Assembly: GCF_006345805.1 (NCBI RefSeq)
Contig: NC_043006.1
Span: forward strand, 51,150,001 to 51,214,000
DNA length: 64,000 nucleotides
Origin: Octopus sinensis
Taxonomy: Eukaryota
Direction: 5' to 3'
Every line of letters begins with the position of its first letter. Position 1 is the stretch's first letter. The position numbers were made by a program, and so were the translations under genes. The notes beneath the pieces are model-generated. The model had not been told where the DNA came from, did not search any database, and saw only the letters and a program-made list of their open reading frames with translations. Of the stretch, positions 55,291 through 64,000 are shown piece by piece.

Positions 55291-55521
55291 TCTACTAGTT
55301 CTTCAACGGTTACGATGAAATTTTGTTACACCAGGGTTCGCAGGACGTCCTCGTTGAGCTCAACAGATCTTCCTGGACGAGGCTCGTCTTCCGGGCTGTA
55401 GTTTCCGACTCGACATCTCTGGAACCACCGTTGACACTAGCTTACCCTCGTTGTCCAATCCCCATATACTGTATTAATATTCCTCGCATTTTCCGTTGCC
55501 TTTCTTTTCTTTTCTTTTTCT

Positions 55522-55762
55522 TTTTACTTGTTTCAGTCATTTGACTGCGGCCATGCTGGTGCACCGCCTTTAGTCGAGCAAATCGACCCCGGGACTTATT
55601 CTTTGTAAGCCCAGTACTTATTCTATCGGTCTCTTTTGCCGAACCGCTAAGTGACGGGGACGTAAACACACACCAGAATCGGTTGTCAAGCAAAGCTAGG
55701 GGGACAAACACAGACACACAAACATATACATACACATACATACATACATACATATATATATA

Positions 55763-55811
<49 letters not shown>

Positions 55812-55995
55812 ATATATATATATATACATATACGACAGGCTTCTTTCAGTTTCCGTCTACCAAATCCACTCACAAGGCATTGGTCGGCCCGGGGCTATAG
55901 CAGAAGACACTTGCCCAAGATGCCACGCAGTGGGGTTGAACCCAGAACCATGTGGTTGGTTAGCAAGCTACTTACCACACAGCCACTCCTGCGCC
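55522..55995 (-). mobile_element. full-length SINE family A with internal (TA)n/(TG)n
   Basis: Runs from the ggcgcaggagtggct head to the gactgaaacaagtaaaa tail. Confidence 0.85.
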
Positions 55996-56436
55996 TTGTT
56001 GCTTTTATTGAAAGAATAACTGTTAATATTGAGCTGCACTCTTCGAAACTTGCACTAAGAATAAAGACAAGGTAAAATTGATACCTGCCTTTAGAGCAAG
56101 TTGATGCAGATAACTTATACCGTCCCCCTCCGACTTTTAGTTCATGCAATTGAAAAAACTGCATTATAGGGTTACCTATTTACTTTTGAGACGTGTGTGC
56201 GTGCGCGCGCGCGCGTAGTTCAAATTTACAGAAAACAAAAGACGATGGCTAGTGAGGTAACAATAAGCAGGTGTGTTAGTTTGGCGCTCGGGAAGAATTG
56301 AAAAGTTTTTGACGTTTCTAGCCAACGCTCTTCGACAGAAAGGGATGAAAGGGGGAAACATGGAGAGAGGACGAAAAAAACAGAGAGAAAAAAGATTTTT
56401 AGGGATTAACGGTTTAACACATACACACACACGGAC

Positions 56437-56528
<92 letters not shown>

Positions 56529-56554
56529 TGATAGATAGATAGATTAAGGTGCAA

Positions 56555-56856
56555 TCCGTCGGTTACAACGACGAGGGTCCCAGCTGATACGATCAACGGA
56601 ACATTTTGCTCGTGAAATTAAAGTACAAGTGGCTGAGCACTCTACAGAGACGCGTACTCTTAACGTAGCTCGCAAGGAGATTCAGCGTGACATAGAGTGT
56701 GACCTGGCTGGCCCTTTTGAAATACAGGTACTACTCATTTTTGCCAGCTGCGTGGACTGGAGCAACGTGAAATAAAGTGTCTCGCACAAGAACACAACGC
56801 GTCGCAGGGAATCGGATCATGACCCGAATGCCCTAACCACTAAGCCACGCGCCCTC
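56555..56856 (-). mobile_element. SINE family B, long-tail variant
   Basis: Minus-strand head gagggcgcgtggcttagtggttaggg. Abuts (GATA)n. Confidence 0.75.
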
Positions 56857-57208
56857 ACAGATAGACAGACAGATATAAAAATACCTAGACAAATGTGCCC
56901 CACTCAATTTATTTACTCATAACTGTCAGAAAAATTGGTATTTGCTAATGAAGTTTTCTATATATACGCTTCAGATGGTATACCTTCAAGTTATATCGGA
57001 ATTTGTTGCGAAAATATTTTTCCGATAGTTGGAAGAGGAGTTTCGGAAAATTCATACGAATCATCTTTATTTCCTCATAACTTTCAGGAAAATGGGTATT
57101 TTCAAATGAAATTTTCTACAAATACCTTTCAGATGATGTAGATTATGGTTATATGGGAATAAGAAGGAAAGTAAATTGACAGGTGGAGGCACACTTGTGT
57201 CAGTATGC

Positions 57209-57244
<36 letters not shown>

Positions 57245-57452
57245 CGGGAAGCTTTATGAAAATAAACAAAAGACGAAGGCAGGTGGAATACAAACAAACA
57301 ATTGTATTAGTATGGCGCTCAGGAATATAAATAAAACAAGTATTTTACGTTTCGAGCCTACGCTTTTCAACAGAAAGATACACAGAAAAGAAACACGGAG
57401 AGAAACAAGGAGAGAGAAAAAATGCGTGCAGAAGCTAGCGAATCAACATGGC

Positions 57453-57483
<31 letters not shown>

Positions 57484-57497
57484 GATATAGATATAGA

Positions 57498-57719
57498 TAA
57501 ATGCGCCATTTTAAAGCCTAGCCAGGATCATGGGCCCTGTTTCCCGGTTTCAATAGCGTATGGAACGCCAGTCCATCGCACCGTTACTCAGCTGAGTGAA
57601 CTAGAGCAACGTGAAATGAAGTGTTTTGCTCAAGAACGCAATGCGTCGCCCGGTCCAGGAATCGAAGCCACAATCTTACGATCATGATACTGACACCCTA
57701 ATCAGTAAGCCACGCACCT

Positions 57720-57721
<2 letters not shown>
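57498..57721 (-). mobile_element. SINE family B, short-tail variant
   Basis: Near-identical to 23836-24031. Lies between (TA/TAGA)n and (CA)n. Confidence 0.85.
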
Positions 57722-57756
<35 letters not shown>

Positions 57757-58079
57757 AATATATATATATATATATGTATATGTATATGTAAAAAAATACA
57801 AACTGGGGCAAGAACGCAAAGCATTTAGAAGACGATACAAAAAACACGAACGGGACATTCGAAGCCTTCAATCTACAGTCAAGAACCGGATCATCCTAGC
57901 AATTTCGGCTGATTAATCTTGAGATCGCTCCGATCCGGTCAGCCCCAAGGAAAAACTAAGCTACGAGCATTAGATTTCTTGGAAAAAGGATCGAATGTAT
58001 ACGAAACAAGGACAGAAAAACGGACGATGCCACACGAATATAAATACAAAAAACAATAATAGTAATAACAGGACAAAAA

Positions 58080-58129
58080 CAGCTAAGCTAAGATGTACTG
58101 TCTATAGACAGTACAACTTAGCTTAGCTG
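58080..58129. repeat. 50-bp spacerless palindrome
   Basis: cagctaagctaagatgtactgtcta|tagacagtacaacttagcttagctg, one mismatch in 25 pairs. Confidence 0.9.
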
Positions 58130-58477
58130 GCGTATTTGGAAAAAAATGCCTTTTTCGGCAGACGAGAAAACGGTGTTCTCATGGCGGTGATCAGAAGATG
58201 AAAGGCAGGTTGACCAGCGGTCACGTGAGAGGAGATGAGAGAGAAAAAAAAAGGGGCAAAGGAATCAAAGAGAGAGAGAGAAAAAGAGGGACAAATGCAC
58301 CAAAGGGGGGAAAAGAGAGAGAAAGAAGGAATTAAAGAGGGGAGAAGAAAGAGAGCGTGCCAAGGATTGGCTTGGCGACAGAATCAGTGAGGTGCAAAGT
58401 GAGAAAGACAAAGAAATGTGAGAGAGTGGGGGAAGAGGAGGCCAAAGAATCAGAGGCAAGAAAATAGAAAAGGAGGA

Positions 58478-58527
<50 letters not shown>

Positions 58528-58625
58528 TCAAAGTGGAGTGCAAAGTGTGAAAGACAGAGAAATGTAGGAGAGGGGGAAGAGAGAGAGTGTTATAGAGTCG
58601 TACCAAATTTAAAGAAATATGTACT

Positions 58626-58656
<31 letters not shown>

Positions 58657-59606
58657 GGGACAAGAATGCAAAACAGCCAGATAGACGATACAAAGAGAAA
58701 AGTTTTCTTTCCTCAGTCGAATTCCAGATTATCTTTGCAATTTCGGCTGGATATACTCGAGATTGCTCCAATCTGGCCAGCCCCAAAGAAAAACTAAGCT
58801 AAGAGCATTAGATTCCTTGGAAGAAAGCAGCGATGTATATATATATATATACATATCTATTGAGAAATAGCTATGTATTTATAAACACGCGTGCGTATGT
58901 GTATACCTGTATAAAGTACAGCTGTCATTTGGAATCGAGGACGAATTAGCTATATGTACTGCACTAATTGTTTGTAGAGCGTATATAATCGTTAGTATCA
59001 GCTGGTCTTGATTTCATTTCAATAAATTGAAGCAACATGGAATGTTTTGCTTAAGCACACAACGTACAACGAAGTTCAGAAATCGAAACTATGAGGAAAT
59101 TTTCGTGTACCCGACATCTTAAAATTTAGCTACACAATTTCACACAATTTCACTTACACACACGCACACGCACGCACACACACACACACACACACACACA
59201 AACGCACACAAGCACACACATATTTGTGTATGCTGCTTTCTGAGTGTGTGTATATGTGTGGTGTGTGTAAGCATATATCTCTATATCTATAAACGCCAAA
59301 ATGTCTGTGTATCTGTGTGTCCTTTATTCAAATCCATAGTTTTTCACGTAAAAGGCTCGAATTTTCTATGGCCTTTCAAAATTGTCTGAGGGTGGTCGTG
59401 AAGATCTTTTCATTTCCCCAGTCACCCCAGAAAGCCATTAAAAAACCGATAAACCGACTAGCACTATGACCCGGCGTTGTATATGTATTTATATAGACAA
59501 ACACACACATACATACATACATACATACATACATACATACATACATACATACATACATACATACATACATACATACATCATTTCAGTGTTTCAAATCAAT
59601 CTCTGT

Positions 59607-59637
59607 CCTCACGTAGGATTCATCAAATCCGTGTGAG
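59607..59637 (+). promoter_or_regulatory. second copy of the conserved tubulin upstream motif
   Basis: cctcacgtaggattcatcaaatccgtgtgag, 80 nt upstream of ATG|gtaagt. Confidence 0.7.
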
Positions 59638-59717
59638 CACCCACTGAACTGTAAATACCTCTGTTTAAGCACTGGCCGCTGTTACTTCATTCGACTGCCT
59701 AAACAAAGTATATCAAC

Positions 59718-59720
59718 ATG
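59718..59720 (+). CDS. probable ATG-only exon 1 of a third alpha-tubulin gene continuing beyond the window
   Basis: tatcaacATG|gtaagtt is identical to the gene 2 start context and carries the same upstream motif. No exon 2 is seen before position 64000. Confidence 0.55.
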
Positions 59721-60929
59721 GTAAGTTCGATATTTATTATACACAGACATATCAAAAATAAATACACACCTCTCATTATACTGGCTTATCTGCGCGAACA
59801 CTAAGTGGTCCTACTACCTTGTTACTGCATTTTGCACAAGATACGTCTACTAAGGCGGTGAGCTGGCAGAATCTTTAGCACGGGCGAAGTGCTTAAGCCG
59901 TTATTTATTTCATCCCCACGTTCTCACTTCAAATTTCGCTGAGGCCGACTTTGCTTTCATCCTACCAAACTCGATAAAATAAGTACCAGTTGAACATTGG
60001 GCTCGATGTAATCCTTCTGCCAAGCCATGTTGAGCCAGTGTAGCAAAGTAGGTTCATCAAACAAGTATAATCTCAAGCTCAAATTCACGGCTTTTACATT
60101 GAACCGTGGTTGGTGGAGGGAACATGCTGAGTCCTTCGTCCTGCAGTGGACTGAAAATAGGCAATCCAATCCAATTCGTGTTTACTATATTCTAGTATTT
60201 AAAACTTGTTGTTTCCAGAAATAAATAAATCTTTCAAAAATGTTGTCTATTTACTTTTGAGGTGTTTTTGTGTATATTAGTATTATCTCACCGGTTGTAC
60301 TTTTTGTTTTCGCGGTCGTTTAACCTGCTACAAATAATTATCAAATCGCACCCAAATGTTTTTCATGAAAATGAACAAACACAATGGTTAATTTAGCTCT
60401 AACTACACTTATTTAACTCAAATAAACAAACATTATGGTCACAGCTGGAACATATTTTTCGATCAATGTTGAATATTTAGAACCAAACAATTTAATTTAT
60501 ATTCTGCTTTGTCTACCGCTGCTGCAAAAAGAAAATGTTGATATGAAAATGTGTCGCTTACGAGATACGAAAATCAAGATTTGCTAATATACTGCTAATA
60601 GCCGATAGTTAGGAAGATTTTTCTTTTTAATAAGTGAAGTGTGTCAGCATGGATTGATTGGAAAATGTTTCTTCAACGAAATAGTAGCCAAATCTTCTTC
60701 ATATTACAACCAGCCACCTAAAGAGGAATTGTCGACATAGTGTCCAACTGATCCCAGCGCATGACGTGTATTTGTGTTATCTATCTCGGAGAATTAAGTC
60801 GATTTTGGTTGTTTTTGAATGACTTATTAGAGACAACAGTGAATTGGTCGCGATGCTTGGCCTGGAAACAAATCTTCAAACTGTTACATAATTAATTAAT
60901 CCACCATGACCATTATTGTTTATTCTCTT

Positions 60930-61320
60930 ATTCTTTTACTTCTTTCAGTCATTTAAATGACTGTGGCCATGCTGGAGTACTACCTTAAGGGGGTCTTAGT
61001 CGAACAAATTGACCCCAGGACTTATTCGTTGTTAGCCTAGGACTAATTATATGGTTCTCTTTTGCCGAACCGCTAAGTTACGAGGAAGTAAACATACCAG
61101 CATCGGCTGTCAAGCGATGGTGGGGGGACAAGCACAGACACAAATACACACGCACACACACATCTATGACGAGATTCTTTCAGTTTCCGTCAACCAAATC
61201 CACTCACCAGGCTTTGGTCAGCCCGAGGCTATGGTAGTAGACACTTGCCCAGATGCCACACAGTGAAACTGAACCCAGAAGCAAGTGGTTGGGAAGCAAG
61301 CTTCTTACCACGCAGCCACG
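60930..61320 (-). mobile_element. SINE family A
   Basis: Same head, core and tail as 55522-55995. Confidence 0.8.
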
Positions 61321-61699
61321 TCATTTTTTTTTTAGGATTCGGTTAGGCCTGTGTTGTGACGCGAGTCATTGACACCCCTGGCGTTGAAATTATTGTAGTT
61401 TATTGTCTGTTGAAAACTGTTACTTGCTTGGCAGGCCGTTGTTGAAATTTCGTGCTTTCCCCTACGGGGGAAAGACTTGAACATAGCTTTCTGCTGTTGC
61501 AACTTGTTCAAAATCTTTTTTGTGAACTGTGTCCTTTACCCTACGGGGGAGGAAAATGAACTTTTTGAATTCACTTTCGTGAGAATTTATTAAAAGAATT
61601 AGTTCCCTTTGTGAGAATTTTTTCAAAAATATATATCTGTGTTTTTCTCTGGAAAAATAATGTCTCTTCTATATGTGGAAATACTAAAAGAGCGAATGG

Positions 61700-63330
61700 C
61701 TCTAAAAGAAACCAATTCAGTGACCAAACTAATCACGGTGTTAAAAATTTTACTGCGGCAACCAGCATACACAAGGAAAACCTCGAAATAACTCGTTCAT
61801 GGTATCAAACTTTTTACGGCATGTTGTCCTCGAAGTAAGATTCCAGACAGGAGACCGGAGGGCATCCACAAAATAAGTGAGATGCTCAAACTGATAGACC
61901 CACCGCCGGAAACCGACGAGGAAAGGGAGAAAAACAAGGAGAATAGTTCTATAACATTAAGAACAATCCCTCCTTCGCTTGTTAAAAACAGGTAAGTACC
62001 TGATCCCCGTTTCGTGTATAAATGACTGTACCTGAGTTCCTGAAGTAGAAGCAAGCTTGTTTTTGCGACGACCTCAGGTCTCATAGCATAGATGTGATTG
62101 TTGCTACAGAGATCAAGCTGGACAGACTACAAACCTTCTCGGCTCTCCTGAATGGCTATGAGAAAATCATGTCTCCTAACTAGACCGGAGGTCGAGGAGG
62201 GTAGTAGTTTTGCTCCGTAAAAGCTTGGCTCTGCAGGCAAGTACAATCTTTGTAGACCCAGAAGATGGGCTGGTCGTTCTGGAGTAATGGCGACAAGTCG
62301 TTCAGGTCTTATATAGATAGAATAATAATTCGTACTCGAGATAAGTCTAGTTTTAGTTGTCCACAGCTTGTTCTGGTCTCCTACACGGATCACAGGCCAG
62401 TGACGTGTAGGATGAACATAGATAGAGTACATAGACAGGGATCTGGCTACTAGAAGCTAAACATGACTATTTTGTCTTGTGAGGCATACCGTAGTCAGAT
62501 TAAGGAGTTAGTCATGAGAGCATTAACCGGCAACGTGTTAAATAACAGGTGGTGGTTTACCCTCAAACGAGCCATTCGACTTGAGTCGATTAGATTTAGC
62601 CAGTAGCTAAGTTTAGATAAGGCTAGAATAGAAGGGAATCTAGTCAAGGATTTAGAAGAGGCATTAAGGATGGGCTCTGCATCCCAAGTTTTGACAGCAA
62701 GATCGGCCTTGGACCGACACCTCAAAGCCAAACACGAGGGATGTAGAGTCCGGACTAAAGTGCGTACATTGGGCTGCGAGGAAATTACTGTTGCAATGAT
62801 GCCACACTTGGGTCTTTGGTCGATGGACAGGAGCGTTTGATCGAAGGACAAGATGAGATGTGTAAGATCCTTTACAAGCACTTTGCCGAGTAAGGGAGGA
62901 GTGAGGCGCTGGACCATGGTGAGCCCCTTCGGGACTTCCTGGCTGGTGGCCCGCGTCTCTCGGTACGAGAGGTTGAGTGCTGTGAAGGATCGATCACGGC
63001 TAAGGTCATAGAGGGACTGTCGCCGGGACTTGATGGTCTACGCTAAGAGTTTTTCAAAAGTATGCCAGATTTGTTCGGGCACCTACTGGCCAGCGTCTAT
63101 ACCAACTGGCAGCAGAATGGGAGAATTCCAAAGGCTGCGAGCCGGAATGGGGGGTGGGGGTGACGCTGATCAGAAAGAATCCAAGCAAGAGGGACATTAT
63201 TAGTAACTTTAGGCCCATAACTGTTAAACACATAGGTAAAGATTTTGGCCAATGTGCTGGCAAAGAGGTAAGCGCGGGTCGTAGGCAGTCTTGTTGGGGA
63301 AGCGCTAACATGGGCCATCCCTGGCAGGGC
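61700..63330 (+). mobile_element. degraded L1/Tx1-type LINE (APE endonuclease to start of reverse transcriptase)
   Basis: Remnants DVIVATEIKLD, SYIDRIIIR...YTDHRPV and TLIRKNPSKRDIISNFRPIT, with frameshifts and stops. Confidence 0.65.
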
Positions 63331-63829
63331 GATATACGACAATCTCCACCTCATGTGCTACACCTTAGAGCGGGTGGGTAAAATTTCTGTCGCGTAGTAC
63401 GATTGGTAGATGAACGAACGTAGTAAGAAAGTTGCGAATGAATGGAAATGACTAATTGCAGCCATCCAAGGGGGGATACGTCGGATAATAGCGGTGGGTG
63501 AATTAACCCGGTGATGTAAAAAAATGTATAAAATATGGAATTTTTAATTATTATCTCGCTTTCTGTAAGAATTCAAAAATTTTCCTTCATTTCATTACAT
63601 TTGTCATTTCATTATAATCACAGTGTGTGTGTGTTCGCTTGTCTGTCCTTGTGACGTCTCTCCTGTGTTGGGCCCTGTGTGGCCAATAAAAGAAATTGAG
63701 TGTTTTGGTAGTCATGCGAAGTACGTCATACGAACACATTGATTTAACCACCGCATCGTTAAATTATATATCTAACGTGTATCCCAAGGATATAAAAGCC
63801 TGCAAAGAAGGAAATTATTGGTTTCAAAT

Positions 63830-64000
63830 TTTGGCACAGGTCCAGCAGTTTTGGTGTAAGGGCTAAGTCGATTACATCGACAATAGTATTCAACTGGTAC
63901 TTACTTTATCGACTCCAGAAGGATGAGAGGCAAAGTCGACCTCGGCAAAATTTGATCCCAGAACTAAAGACGAACGAAATGCGGCTAAGCCTTTTCCGTG
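63830..64000 (-). mobile_element. SINE family D, running off the window end
   Basis: Minus-strand core gtcgactttgccctctcatccttctggagtcgataaagtaagtaccag. Confidence 0.7.

Noticed and set aside
58240-58610. Purine-rich strand giving a Ser/Leu-rich minus-strand ORF
   Set aside because: Low-complexity AG-rich tract with (AG)n and no coding signal.

Overview
Eukaryotic genomic DNA. It is AT-rich and dense in microsatellites and SINEs; the repeat families suggest an octopus/coleoid cephalopod, which is inference rather than a database match. The only host genes found are an alpha-tubulin cluster. Gene 1 (+) has exon 2 at 7652-7874 and exon 3 at 8963-10089; its ATG-only exon 1 was not found in the window. 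Gene 2 (-) runs from exon 1 at 30363-30365 through exon 2 (23501-23723) to exon 3 (22266-23395). A probable third gene is visible only as its promoter and ATG exon at about 59.6-59.7 kb (+). It shares a 29/31-identical upstream motif and a 17/17 start context with gene 2. Genes 1 and 2 converge tail-to-tail. Their exon 2 is strongly diverged while exon 3 contains long identical tracts, which looks like gene conversion. Gene 1 carries K40T and K370T. The rest of the window is mobile DNA: several tRNA-headed SINE families, RTE/CR1/Tx1-like LINE fragments, mariner/Tc1/hAT relics and MITEs, Helitron-like elements, foldbacks and microsatellites. The most unusual structure is a TSD-flanked inverted dimer at 45255-46499. 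It joins a tRNA-like Pol III head to a Penelope-type tail containing a minimal hammerhead ribozyme. All counts are by eye, and repeat boundaries are approximate unless a TSD or TIR defines them.
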